Origin: Bacteroidales bacterium
GTDB taxonomy: Bacteria > Bacteroidota > Bacteroidia > Bacteroidales > UBA3663
Reading direction: 5' to 3'
Length of the DNA: 64,000 nucleotides
Assembly (NCBI GenBank): GCA_017618715.1
Contig: JAFZTS010000054.1
Location: 37,298 to 101,297 of the forward strand
Numbering within the stretch: the stretch's first letter is position 1; every line of letters starts with the position of its first letter. Positions 19,039 to 28,901 of the stretch are shown here, in pieces. A program made the translations under genes and the position numbers. The notes below the pieces were generated by a model. That model did no database searches and had not been told where the DNA came from. It saw only the letters and a list, made by a program, of their open reading frames with translations.

Positions 19039-20904
19039 ATGGAAATCGAACAGCAATTATCGGCCGCAATCAAGGCCGCAGTCAAGTCACTTTATGATAT
19101 CGAACTTGCCGACAAGCAGGTTCAATTGAGCCCCACACGCAAGGAGTTCGAAGGGCATCTCACCCTTATGGTTTTCCCATTCATGAAGCAGACTCCCGTC
19201 CGCAATCCCGAGCAGCTCGGTCAGGCCATCGGCCAATGGTTGGTCGAAAACGAGCCCCTCGTCGCCAAATATAACGTCATCAAGGGATTCCTCAATCTCA
19301 GCATCAACGCTGGTTCGTGGGTCGAGAAGCTCCAGGGCATCTACAGCAAGGAGAACTACGGCATCCAGCCCGTCGGCGAAAATGCCCCGCTCGTGATGAT
19401 CGAGTATTCTTCGCCCAACACCAACAAGCCCCTCCATCTCGGCCATCTTCGCAACATCCTGCTCGGCTGGTCGCTCTCGAAGATTGTGGCTGCTTGCGGC
19501 AACAAGGTGGTGAAAACCAATATCGTCAACGACCGTGGCATCCACATTTGCAAGTCGATGCTGGCTTGGCAGAAGTGGTTCGATGGCGCCACGCCCGAAA
19601 GCACGGGCAAGAAGGGCGACCACCTGATCGGTGACTGCTATGTGGCTTTCGATAAGCATTACAAGGCCGAGCTCAAGGATTTGCTCGCCAACGACCCTGA
19701 GATACAGGGCATCCACGTCTTCAAGGACCAGCTGCCCGACGGCACTTTGCCCGAAGATGTGGAGCGTACCGCCGAAGCTCGCAAGGGTGTTGCTGAGATG
19801 AAATCCACTTTGATGAAGGAGGCCCGCGAAATGCTTCGCAAGTGGGAGGCCGGCGACCCCGAAGTGCGCGCACTTTGGGCCAAGATGAACGAATGGGTCT
19901 ATGCCGGTTTTGACGAGACCTATCGCATGATGGGCGTTGGCTTCGACAAGATTTACTACGAATCGAACACCTACCTGGAGGGCAAGGAACTTGTGCTCGA
20001 AGGTCTCGAAAAAGGGCTTTTCTTCCGCAAGGCTGATGGTTCCGTTTGGGCCGACTTTACAGCCGAAGGTCTCGACCAGAAGCTCCTGCTCCGCAAGGAC
20101 GGCACTTCGGTCTATATGACGCAGGATATCGGCACGGCCAAGCTCCGTTATCAGGACTACCCTATCGACAAGATGATCTACGTAGTGGGTAACGAGCAGA
20201 ACTACCACTTCCAGGTGCTTTCGCTCCTCCTCGACCGCCTCGGCTTCAAGTGGGGCAAGGATCTCGTGCATTTCTCCTACGGTATGGTCGAGCTGCCCAA
20301 CGGCAAGATGAAGAGCCGCGAAGGTACCGTCGTGGATGCCGACGACCTGATGGCCGCCATGATCGACGATGCGCGTGAGGCAAGCTCCGAGCGTCTGGCC
20401 GACCTGAGCGATGAGGAGAAGCAGAACGTCTATCGCATCATCGGTCTTGGTGCGCTCAAGTACTTCCTCCTTAAGGTCAATCCCGTAAACAACATGGTGT
20501 TCAATCCCGCCGAGTCAATCGACTTCAACGGCAACACCGGACCCTTCATCCAATATACACACGCCCGCATCAAGTCGGTACTCCGCAAGGCTGCTCCCGA
20601 AGAGCTTACCGCCGAGGGTCTCGAAGGTGTCGAGATTTCCGAAAAAGAGCAGACTCTCGTACAGAAGTTGCTCGACTTCGAACAGGTTGTCAAGCGTGCC
20701 GGCACCGACTACTCCCCCGCGCTCATCGCCAATTACACCTACGATCTCGCCAAGGAGTACAACCAGTTCTATCACGACACTTCCATCCTCAAGGAGGAAG
20801 ATGCCCGTAAGCGCCAGTTCCGCCTCGTCCTTAGCACTTGCGTGGCTCGCGTCATCAAGACGGCCATGGATCTCCTTGGCATCGAAGTGCCCGAGCGCAT
20901 GTAA
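19039..20904 (+). CDS. argS: Arginine--tRNA ligase
   Basis: EYSSPNTNKPLHLGH (HIGH-type), KMKSREG, GNTGPFIQYTHAR, C-terminal LGIEVPERM. Confidence 0.97.
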   Translation: MEIEQQLSAAIKAAVKSLYDIELADKQVQLSPTRKEFEGHLTLMVFPFMKQTPVRNPEQLGQAIGQWLVENEPLVAKYNVIKGFLNLSINAGSWVEKLQGIYSKENYGIQPVGENAPLVMIEYSSPNTNKPLHLGHLRNILLGWSLSKIVAACGNKVVKTNIVNDRGIHICKSMLAWQKWFDGATPESTGKKGDHLIGDCYVAFDKHYKAELKDLLANDPEIQGIHVFKDQLPDGTLPEDVERTAEARKGVAEMKSTLMKEAREMLRKWEAGDPEVRALWAKMNEWVYAGFDETYRMMGVGFDKIYYESNTYLEGKELVLEGLEKGLFFRKADGSVWADFTAEGLDQKLLLRKDGTSVYMTQDIGTAKLRYQDYPIDKMIYVVGNEQNYHFQVLSLLLDRLGFKWGKDLVHFSYGMVELPNGKMKSREGTVVDADDLMAAMIDDAREASSERLADLSDEEKQNVYRIIGLGALKYFLLKVNPVNNMVFNPAESIDFNGNTGPFIQYTHARIKSVLRKAAPEELTAEGLEGVEISEKEQTLVQKLLDFEQVVKRAGTDYSPALIANYTYDLAKEYNQFYHDTSILKEEDARKRQFRLVLSTCVARVIKTAMDLLGIEVPERM

Positions 20905-20913
20905 GCTTTTTCG

Positions 20914-22125
20914 TCAAACTTTCAAGCATATAGATAGTTTGCCCAGCAGCCAGGTGATGGCGATGCAGAGGGCAGAGAAGAGGATGCACTTGACGATGCC
21001 GAAAGGCTCTGGAATGCCGTACGACCACGCCCATCCTATCGACAAGGAGATGAGCGGATAGAGGAAATAGGGCACCAGATAGCATGTCAGAGTCGCGGTT
21101 CCTGCTGGCCGGATGGCGTTCAACCATCCGGCCTTTCCTTTTGCTACAAGCACGTCGAGTAAGGCGTAAAGGAACAGGCCGATGGCAAGGGTATAGAATA
21201 TCCAGGGCAGCGTGCCGATAATCTTCGAGGTAATGAACAGCCGATGGGAAACGATGGCCACGATGAGGCAGGCGATGGCGAGGACAAGGGTTGACGTGGC
21301 TTGTCGCGAATTGGTGTAAAGCTCCGTCCTTTTGAGGAAAATGCCCGAGAACAACACTCCGCTCATGACCAGAAGGTGACTCGACGCATTCCCGATTTGC
21401 AGTATTGAAAGGGTGAGATCCACGATATTGGGTGTCGAAAGCGCGAGGATGGGCTTCCCTGCAAACTGCGAGTCGGGCGAGGTTCTGGTACAAAAGAGAC
21501 AGATGGCAAAGAGCAAGAACCACACCAGAACCTGCACCTTGACCGTCTTCGAAAGTGCATAGACGAGGGCGCAAAAGAGATATGCCCAGCCTATCAAGCC
21601 GAGGATTCCCCACCAGTAGGGATAGAAGGTGCGGCCCTCGGGGCTGCGTGAGGTGATGAGGAGGAACAGCAATATGGCCCATCCCAGGCCCTTCAGGCAT
21701 CGCACGAGCCAACCAGATTGCTGATAGCGGTTGTAAATCAGGAAGAAGGCGGTGGCCATCAGAAGGCAATAGATGTTGCGATTGTAGCCGATTGCTGGGT
21801 CGATTCCCTGTTCATAGTTGCAAATGAAGGCGCCCATCAGAATCAGGGCAAACGAACGTGAGAGGATATGGCGTATCACATCGCCCTCGCTCCTCCCCTT
21901 TCTTCGCATGGCCGTGATGGCGTAGGGTATGGAGAGTCCAACGCAAAAGAGGAACGTCGGGAAGACGATGTCCGAGAAGCCGAGCATGTCCTCGCTCGCT
22001 GCGGCATGTCCCATCCAATGTGGAATACCCGAAACCGACCAGAAGTCATTTACCACAATCATTACGGCCATCGTAAGTGCCCTGAGCAGGTCGATGGCGG
22101 CATTACGTTTTTCAAGATAGCTCAT
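20914..22125 (-). CDS. DUF5009 / HGSNAT-like (NagX-type) membrane protein
   Basis: RNAAIDLLRALTM..MI.VND, DIVFPTFLFCVG, WWGILGLIGWAY; about 10 TM helices. Confidence 0.8.
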   Translation of the reverse strand: MSYLEKRNAAIDLLRALTMAVMIVVNDFWSVSGIPHWMGHAAASEDMLGFSDIVFPTFLFCVGLSIPYAITAMRRKGRSEGDVIRHILSRSFALILMGAFICNYEQGIDPAIGYNRNIYCLLMATAFFLIYNRYQQSGWLVRCLKGLGWAILLFLLITSRSPEGRTFYPYWWGILGLIGWAYLFCALVYALSKTVKVQVLVWFLLFAICLFCTRTSPDSQFAGKPILALSTPNIVDLTLSILQIGNASSHLLVMSGVLFSGIFLKRTELYTNSRQATSTLVLAIACLIVAIVSHRLFITSKIIGTLPWIFYTLAIGLFLYALLDVLVAKGKAGWLNAIRPAGTATLTCYLVPYFLYPLISLSIGWAWSYGIPEPFGIVKCILFSALCIAITWLLGKLSICLKV

Positions 22126-22131
22126 TTTCGC

Positions 22132-23157
22132 TTATTGTTTTTCCTTCAGCAAATGCCAGACGGTTCTGCTCAAGGTGAAGTTTTCGTCATCGTTGTCCGA
22201 ATCCCAATACATGCCGCCCCGCAGACCTTTTTCGAGAATATATTCGCATTTATGGGCGATGGAGTTGGCGTTCTCGTAAGCCAAAACCATCTTCCCATCC
22301 TTGTCCACGAGGTAAGGGACGCAGGCGGTCGAATCCCATCGCTCGACGTAGAGGTCGTCAAGGATCATCTCACCGAACGAACGTGGCCGCTTGTAGTCCT
22401 TGCTCGCCCTTCCATAGAACGGCATGCCCATCACGAGCTTCGAACGGGGAACACCGGCCTCAAGATGATGGTCGATGGCTTCGACCACACAAATGGGACC
22501 AGCGATGTCGGAACGGTATAAAGCCGAATGGTGGTACGGCGGATCGGCCATATCGTAGGTCATCAGGTTGACGAAATCGATATAGGGCATGACGGCACGA
22601 TAATCGACGTAGGTCGTGTCGGCATAATCGGCGAAGGTGAGCAGATAATCGGGGCCAAGAGCCTCGCGCAAATCGCGCATCAGCAAGGTGAAATTCCGGG
22701 TGTCGTCCGGAGAGGACGAGATACCTGCCGCGTTCGACGTGGGATATTCCCAATCGATGTCGATGCCATCAAGGGAGTATTCGTCTATCGCCTCACGGCA
22801 ATGGCGGGCGAACGACTGGCGAAACTCCGGGTTGGCAGCCATTTCGGAGAATCTGCCACTCCCCCAACCTCCGACGCTTAGCATGACGCGCAGATTTGGA
22901 TTGGACGCCTTCAAAGCCACCATCGAGCGCAGACGTTCGGGGTTGTCTATCCGTACGCTCTCGAAGCTCTCGGCGACGTGTCCGAAGGCATAGTTTAGAT
23001 GCGTGACCAATTGAGGATTGGGAATCCTGTCGCCCCACGAAGTGATATAGCCGACCACCACTTTGTCGGGTTCGATGTCGGTCTCCACGGGTTGCGGCGT
23101 TTGACTTTGGCAGGAGATGAGCAGCAGGGCTGCGAGGGTCAGTAATAAAGGTCTCAT
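22132..23157 (-). CDS. GH18 chitinase-like lipoprotein
   Basis: Lipobox LISC, SVGGW, DGIDIDWEYP (DxDxE), MTYD. Confidence 0.92.
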   Translation of the reverse strand: MRPLLLTLAALLLISCQSQTPQPVETDIEPDKVVVGYITSWGDRIPNPQLVTHLNYAFGHVAESFESVRIDNPERLRSMVALKASNPNLRVMLSVGGWGSGRFSEMAANPEFRQSFARHCREAIDEYSLDGIDIDWEYPTSNAAGISSSPDDTRNFTLLMRDLREALGPDYLLTFADYADTTYVDYRAVMPYIDFVNLMTYDMADPPYHHSALYRSDIAGPICVVEAIDHHLEAGVPRSKLVMGMPFYGRASKDYKRPRSFGEMILDDLYVERWDSTACVPYLVDKDGKMVLAYENANSIAHKCEYILEKGLRGGMYWDSDNDDENFTLSRTVWHLLKEKQ

Positions 23158-23170
23158 TTTGTTCGTTCGG

Positions 23171-26100
23171 TTATTTGATCAGCATCTTCTTGCCGCCACG
23201 GATATAGAAGCCCTTCTGGACGGGCTTGCCGCTTAGGCGGCGACCATCGAGGGAATAGTAGGGGTGGTCGGAGTGATCGGAGTACTCTGAGTAATCCGAG
23301 TAATCCGAGCTCTCCGAAATCGAGCGGATCCCGCTCTCCTCGTCGCCGAAGTTGAGGACGAAGGCCTTGATGGTCTGGCCTTCCGTGGTGGTGGGCTCTC
23401 CTGCTGTGATGCCCTTCAGCTGGAAAGCGGCGCGACATGCGCCGATGGTCATGGCAGCATTGGGATAGAAGATTTGGTCACCGGCACCGAGGTAGAGAAT
23501 CGTCTGGTCCTTCCCTTCTATTTCGAGGGGCGAGTAGAAGCCTTTGAAGTTGACGAAGTCGGTCTCTACGGGTTTGAGCACATCGTAGATGGTCACATTC
23601 TCGAACACGGGTTCGACAAGGTTGCTCGTGCCGTCGCCCTCCCACTTGATGATGAAGGGAGTACCGGCCTTGATGGTCGAAGCTTCGCTGAAGTTAAGCG
23701 TCAACTCGCCTGTCGTGTTGTCGAATTCCGACGAAGTGAGCGTTTTTGCCGAGGCCCCGCTGAGCGGACTGTCATCGATGGTCACGTCGAAGGGCAGGCA
23801 GAGCGTGTTCCACGAGTTGTCCTTGAAGAGCGTGCGTCCTTCGAGGGTGATATTGGTCGTCGTGAGGTCGTTTCTCTCTATGATGGCGCTGTTGTCCTCG
23901 TCATTCTTGAGCAGCGTTGTGGCAAACGTGGTGATGTAAGAGGCCTGGCTCTCGTTGGTGGAATAGAAGTAGGTGCGGAAAAGCAGCAGATCGCCTCCCT
24001 CTTTCCGCCAGGTCCTATCGCTCTGCAACTGATAGTCCTCGGTGTCATTTTTCTTGATCTCGAAGGGCGAACCTGCAAAGAAGTAGCCGTTGCCCACATC
24101 GATGGTATGATCCTCCTGGGGTAACAGCGTGATGTGCTCCTCGGTGCTCAAGGAGATGGCTCCGGCATCGACGATGGCATAGTAGGGTGTCCAGGCATCG
24201 GCGTGCAGGTCGGCTTTCTCTTCAAAGGTCACCTGTGCCACCTCGTCGCTGGTCATCTTCACCTCGGTAGGCTGATAGAGGTGGATGCCGTTGCTGAACG
24301 TCAACGGATAAGGCAGCGAGAAGCAATAGGCCGTGGGTTGGTAAACGGTTTCCTCCACCGTTCGCATTTCGCCGGTAGGGATGCGTTTGCCGTCATCGTC
24401 CAACACAATCATACCTTCCTCATTGGTCAGATAGACGGGATATTCAACGCTGATGGTGCCATCCTCGGGTGCGGTGAGCGTGCGGTCGTATCTCACGCCG
24501 TTGGTGCATTCGATAGTTGCCGTTCCAATGGGTAATTTCTCGAATGCCCAATAGGACAGGTTATCGTCAATCCAAAGCGACGAGGCGGTGAACGAACCGA
24601 AGCGATAGTTGGCCGTTGACCAGTCGTCGTACTCGATTTTCGATGTAGGCGTCAAGGCGTTGGGGCGCGGAGTGGTAAGCGTGGCGGGACGCAGGCTGAA
24701 ATGGTTCACCTTCACTTCGTAGAGGTCTTCGAAGCAGTCGGGCAACGGATACTCGCCAATGCAATAGACCCAATCGTCGAGCCCGAGGTATGGTCCGAGC
24801 ACCAGGAAATTCTTGATAAGCGCAATGTCTAATTCACGCGACTGATATAATGCCGGAACCCAGACTTTCATGCCATGTATCAACACATCGTCGGCAAAGG
24901 TGATACCTGAAGGTGGTTCATAGCCCTTGAACTGCGCGACATCGGAATAGCTTCTTTCAACGCTGGCAGAACCTATGCCGACAAATGGCCCACATGGGTG
25001 GGTATCTATTTCTTCAGAGATAAGTCTTGAGCCTATGATTGCACAATCCTTGATACTTGCATCGTCCGCGTCTCCCACGATACCTCCGGAACCGTCATAT
25101 TGTGTATAAGGATCGTATTCTGAGATTAAATGCACCAAGCCATTTTTTTCCGACACACACTTGTTGAATGTGGTGCTATTGGTGCTTCCCGACATGATGC
25201 CCGCATCTCCAAAACTATACACTTTGCTGTTTTTAACATAGCAATTGGAGATTTCACAGTAGTTGCTTCCCCCTGCAATGAGCCCCACCGATGTGTTTCT
25301 TTCCGAAAAACCTTCCACATATATATTGTCGATACGCAGGTTGGTGACGGTGGCATCGACGATATAATTGAAGAAACCAAGATATTGGTGCGTATTGTTT
25401 TCGTCAGTCGAAATCTTGAGGTTCATGATGGTGTGATGCTGCCCGTCGAATTTTCCTTTGAAATAACCTTGTTTTCCACCGATACCAGAATCCCATACCT
25501 GGTTTTCCATATCGATATCGGCCTCCAATTTGATGATCTTATTGGCGAAGGTTTCTCCATTAACTACACGGTTGCGGAAGTTATTGAGGGCAAGCGGCGT
25601 GCTGATGCCGATGCCCCATTCCGTCTCGTAGTCATTCGACCCCTTCACTTTCGCGAAGTATTGCCAGCCGTCGGGCGTGGTCCATCCTATGGTTTCGTCC
25701 GAGAATGCCGAATTGCGGTAATCGTCAACCTTCGCCATGGGTACATAGAGTGTTGTCTGCTCATTACGGTAGGTCTGTGTGCTGCCGATGCCTCCCTCGT
25801 GGCTGACGAACACATCGTTGTAGTCCCATTGAGGAGGTGTCTCGGCTTGGCAATAGAGGGCATGAAGCTTGGGCAATCCGATGAAGGCACCCGAGGCGAT
25901 ATGCTCGAGTGTGGAAGGCAGCGAAATGTCAACCAGCTCACGGCAGCCCTTGAAGGCAAATTCGTCGATGTGTGTCACGCCCTCGGGCAACTGCACAAAC
26001 GAGATACCGTTGCACAGGCGGAAGGCCATGGACGAAACAGCGGTGACGTTGTAGGTGCTGCCGTTCACGGTGATGGTGGCAGGCACGATGACGCGTCCTT

Positions 26101-26284
26101 TCGAATATTGGGGGATGCAGGCGTTGCGTCCCGAGCCGAGCGATGCCGTTCCGCCGCTGATGGTGTATTCGGCGGCAATCTCTTTGCCGTTGAGCAGCAA
26201 GGTGCCCATCACGGGGTTCGACTGTGCCCATGCGGTGAAGGACACCAAAGCAGACGATAGAAGAATGATGATATGCTTTTTCAT
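23171..26284 (-). CDS. Secreted BspA-type LRR / GLUG-like repeat protein with T9SS CTD
   Basis: Signal peptide; LPEGVTHIDEFAFKGC..L..ISLPSTL LRRs; FKGKFDGQHHTI.NL; WNTLCLPF module; YYSLDGRRL..KP..KG.YI CTD. Confidence 0.8.
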   Translation of the reverse strand: MKKHIIILLSSALVSFTAWAQSNPVMGTLLLNGKEIAAEYTISGGTASLGSGRNACIPQYSKGRVIVPATITVNGSTYNVTAVSSMAFRLCNGISFVQLPEGVTHIDEFAFKGCRELVDISLPSTLEHIASGAFIGLPKLHALYCQAETPPQWDYNDVFVSHEGGIGSTQTYRNEQTTLYVPMAKVDDYRNSAFSDETIGWTTPDGWQYFAKVKGSNDYETEWGIGISTPLALNNFRNRVVNGETFANKIIKLEADIDMENQVWDSGIGGKQGYFKGKFDGQHHTIMNLKISTDENNTHQYLGFFNYIVDATVTNLRIDNIYVEGFSERNTSVGLIAGGSNYCEISNCYVKNSKVYSFGDAGIMSGSTNSTTFNKCVSEKNGLVHLISEYDPYTQYDGSGGIVGDADDASIKDCAIIGSRLISEEIDTHPCGPFVGIGSASVERSYSDVAQFKGYEPPSGITFADDVLIHGMKVWVPALYQSRELDIALIKNFLVLGPYLGLDDWVYCIGEYPLPDCFEDLYEVKVNHFSLRPATLTTPRPNALTPTSKIEYDDWSTANYRFGSFTASSLWIDDNLSYWAFEKLPIGTATIECTNGVRYDRTLTAPEDGTISVEYPVYLTNEEGMIVLDDDGKRIPTGEMRTVEETVYQPTAYCFSLPYPLTFSNGIHLYQPTEVKMTSDEVAQVTFEEKADLHADAWTPYYAIVDAGAISLSTEEHITLLPQEDHTIDVGNGYFFAGSPFEIKKNDTEDYQLQSDRTWRKEGGDLLLFRTYFYSTNESQASYITTFATTLLKNDEDNSAIIERNDLTTTNITLEGRTLFKDNSWNTLCLPFDVTIDDSPLSGASAKTLTSSEFDNTTGELTLNFSEASTIKAGTPFIIKWEGDGTSNLVEPVFENVTIYDVLKPVETDFVNFKGFYSPLEIEGKDQTILYLGAGDQIFYPNAAMTIGACRAAFQLKGITAGEPTTTEGQTIKAFVLNFGDEESGIRSISESSDYSDYSEYSDHSDHPYYSLDGRRLSGKPVQKGFYIRGGKKMLIK
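23264..23317 (-). repeat. 9-bp minisatellite, 6 units, coding SESSDYSDYSEYSDHSDH in the pre-CTD linker
   Basis: Minus strand: tcggagagc tcggattac tcggattac tcagagtac tccgatcac tccgaccac. Confidence 0.85.
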
Positions 26285-26299
26285 AATGGTCTCCTTCCT

Positions 26300-27949
26300 T
26301 TAATCATCTACACTGTTACTGCCGAAGTCTGTCCTCATCTGACTCACCTGTTCCTTGGTGGGATGGACGGGAGCCTTGGCCAACGCCCTGATGGCATCGA
26401 ACTCCTCGATGCCGAGGAAGAACTGACGGCCTGTACCCACATGGTCGTACTGTAACATTCCGCTGGCATGAACCTTGATCACCCATTCGCCGATGGTGTT
26501 TGCGGCGCGTTCGCGGTTCACCTCGGGCACCACGGTGTCATCGTAGCTGTGATAGAGGAACATGGGGTGCTGGGGTTGCCAGCCCATGGTCATGTTGTTG
26601 CTCTCCAGGGCAAGGTGCAGGTCCTCCACCAACCCGCGTTTGGTGGGCAAAGGTATGCCTGTCGCTGAAGTGAAGTTGTACTGGTTGGCGTCGTAGAGGT
26701 TCGTGAAATACGTGAGCGATTCGTATCGCATCATCTTCGAAAGCGTCGAGGTGCCGTCCTCGTTGAGTACGGCATGGTAATAGGTGGGACCGTAGGCACC
26801 TTCGTCATCGGGATCTGATGCCGGCTTGCCGTTCTTATAAAGCTCCTTCCATGCATTCGTGATGTCCTCGGTGGTCTTTTCCTTGTCGTTGAGCCAATCG
26901 AGGATGCCCGTTTCGAGGAACTGTGGCTTGATGTAGTCGCTCACCTTGTGGCTGGTCATGTAGGGATTGCTGTCGCACATACCCTTGAGGATGAGCGGCA
27001 TCACGACGGGCATGCTGAGATTCTTGCCCTGTTTTTCGTTCTTCACATAGTACATTACGGTTGACAAGAGGTCGTAGGGACCGTCGCCGCATACCGAGCC
27101 GGCAAACTGCAGTTCGTCGGTGAGGCCGTTCTGCTCGATGAATCGATGTGTGGCCATGGCCACCGAGCCGCCTTGCGAGTATCCGACGCAGATGCTGCGC
27201 CAACCGTCGCGGAAGGCGTGTCGAATCGAGCTCACCTGGCTGTCCGTCTTGTATAGGCTGATGCCGTAGCGCACGCCATCGACAACCTGTCGGGCTGTCA
27301 GTTCCTGGTAGAGATAGGGATGTGGATGATTGCGTGTCACGCCGTAGCCCTCGTAGTCGGGCAAGATGACCAGGTTGTAGTAAGGCATGTTGCTCTGTGT
27401 CGAATGGATGACCAATCCGCTGCCGGCATGGTTCATCAACATGCTCACATCCGAAGCTGAGCTGCCCTCGGCCGAATAGCTCGACGGGCATTCCTTGTTG
27501 CTCGTGATGGTGACATGGCAGCCGATGATGACGTTGTTGATGTAGTCGCAGTCCTCGTCGGGCATACAGGCCAAGGCCGAAAGCGTCACCGGCTCGCCTT
27601 CGGCGTTGATCGACGGATAGGTGTATTTGAACCACCACATGTCGAGCCACCAGTCGCTATCCTGGTCGTAGAAGCTCGAGGCCTTTGCATGGCGGCGTGC
27701 AGCACGCGCGATTGCGGTGCCCGACTCTGTGTTCCATTCCACGTTCTTGACGGTAATCAGCGTGTCGGCACGCATCGTCAGCGTGTCAACCACCACTTCC
27801 CTGCCCACGGTCATTGTGAGATGCCCCATTGCGGTGATGGTTGCATCGCTGGCATCAACAGGTTCCGGCGAGATTCCGTTCCCGGGTTGTGCGAATGCTC
27901 CCCAGCTGAAAGTAATCAGTATGGAGAGGGTGATCAGAATTTTTTTCAT
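26300..27949 (-). CDS. Secreted lipase-like alpha/beta hydrolase
   Basis: Signal peptide, PDYEGYG, GYSQGG nucleophile elbow, HSYDDTVVP, downstream His. Confidence 0.75.
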   Translation of the reverse strand: MKKILITLSILITFSWGAFAQPGNGISPEPVDASDATITAMGHLTMTVGREVVVDTLTMRADTLITVKNVEWNTESGTAIARAARRHAKASSFYDQDSDWWLDMWWFKYTYPSINAEGEPVTLSALACMPDEDCDYINNVIIGCHVTITSNKECPSSYSAEGSSASDVSMLMNHAGSGLVIHSTQSNMPYYNLVILPDYEGYGVTRNHPHPYLYQELTARQVVDGVRYGISLYKTDSQVSSIRHAFRDGWRSICVGYSQGGSVAMATHRFIEQNGLTDELQFAGSVCGDGPYDLLSTVMYYVKNEKQGKNLSMPVVMPLILKGMCDSNPYMTSHKVSDYIKPQFLETGILDWLNDKEKTTEDITNAWKELYKNGKPASDPDDEGAYGPTYYHAVLNEDGTSTLSKMMRYESLTYFTNLYDANQYNFTSATGIPLPTKRGLVEDLHLALESNNMTMGWQPQHPMFLYHSYDDTVVPEVNRERAANTIGEWVIKVHASGMLQYDHVGTGRQFFLGIEEFDAIRALAKAPVHPTKEQVSQMRTDFGSNSVDD

Positions 27950-28146
27950 TTATAATCTATCAGTTTAGGCGATACTGGAAAAAAAACAATATTCGACTTG
28001 TCGAAAAAGCGCCGCAAAGAACGTAATTATTTCTGAATTTTCCAAATAAATATGGAAAAACATGCCGAAAATGGGGGATAAAAAACGGAATAAATGGCAT
28101 TTCCTTTGGTGGAATGAATAAAATGCCTTATCTTTGAGGCGAAAAT

Positions 28147-28839
28147 ATGGATATACAGCACTATTATATCGAGAAAGGGCAAGGCGAGAATACCATTATC
28201 CTGCTGCATGGAAACGGCGAGGACTGCTCCTATTTCGTGGGGCAGATCGACGAGTTTGCCAAGCATTACCACGTCTATGCCATCGACACGCGTGGACACG
28301 GCAAGACACCACGTGGCAGCGCCCCCTTCACCATCCGTCAGTTTGCCGACGACCTGCTCGCTTTCATGGACCTCCACGGCATCGCGAAAGCCCACATTCT
28401 CGGCTTCTCCGATGGCGGCAACATCGCCATGATCTTCGCCCTTCGGCATCCCGAGCGCGTCGATAAGCTGATACTTAACGGTGCGAACCTTAACGCACGC
28501 GGCGTGAAGTTCATGACGCAGTTCCCCATCGAAATCGGATACCGCATCGCACGACTGTTTGCAAAGCGAAGCGCGAAAGCCAAGGCGAATGCCGAGATGC
28601 TCGGCCTGATGGTGAACGACCCCAACTTGGAGCCCTCTGCCCTATCTGCCATCCAAGCCAGGACGCTGGTGATAGCGGGCACCCACGACATGATCAAGGA
28701 TGCTCACACCCGACTGATTGCGCGGAGCATCCCCGATGCCGAACTCGTACTCCTCAAGGGCTCGCATTTCATCGCCAATGAGAAGCCGGTGGAGTTTAAT
28801 CGAGCCGTGCTGGGGTTTTTGAAACAAGAATCAGCCTGA
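28147..28839 (+). CDS. Alpha/beta hydrolase
   Basis: LLHGNG, DTRGHG, GFSDGG, GTHD, GSH; TATCTTTG promoter element at 28129-28136. Confidence 0.88.
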   Translation: MDIQHYYIEKGQGENTIILLHGNGEDCSYFVGQIDEFAKHYHVYAIDTRGHGKTPRGSAPFTIRQFADDLLAFMDLHGIAKAHILGFSDGGNIAMIFALRHPERVDKLILNGANLNARGVKFMTQFPIEIGYRIARLFAKRSAKAKANAEMLGLMVNDPNLEPSALSAIQARTLVIAGTHDMIKDAHTRLIARSIPDAELVLLKGSHFIANEKPVEFNRAVLGFLKQESA

Positions 28840-28862
28840 GGCCGCGAGGTCCCAGGCTGATT
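28829..28862. terminator. Hairpin terminator between convergent genes; near-copy at 31355
   Basis: aatcagcctg-aggccgcgaggtcc-caggctgatt. Confidence 0.7.
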
Positions 28863-28901
28863 GTTATTGGCGTGGAGTTGTCTAATTTCTTAGGAGTTGC
28901 C

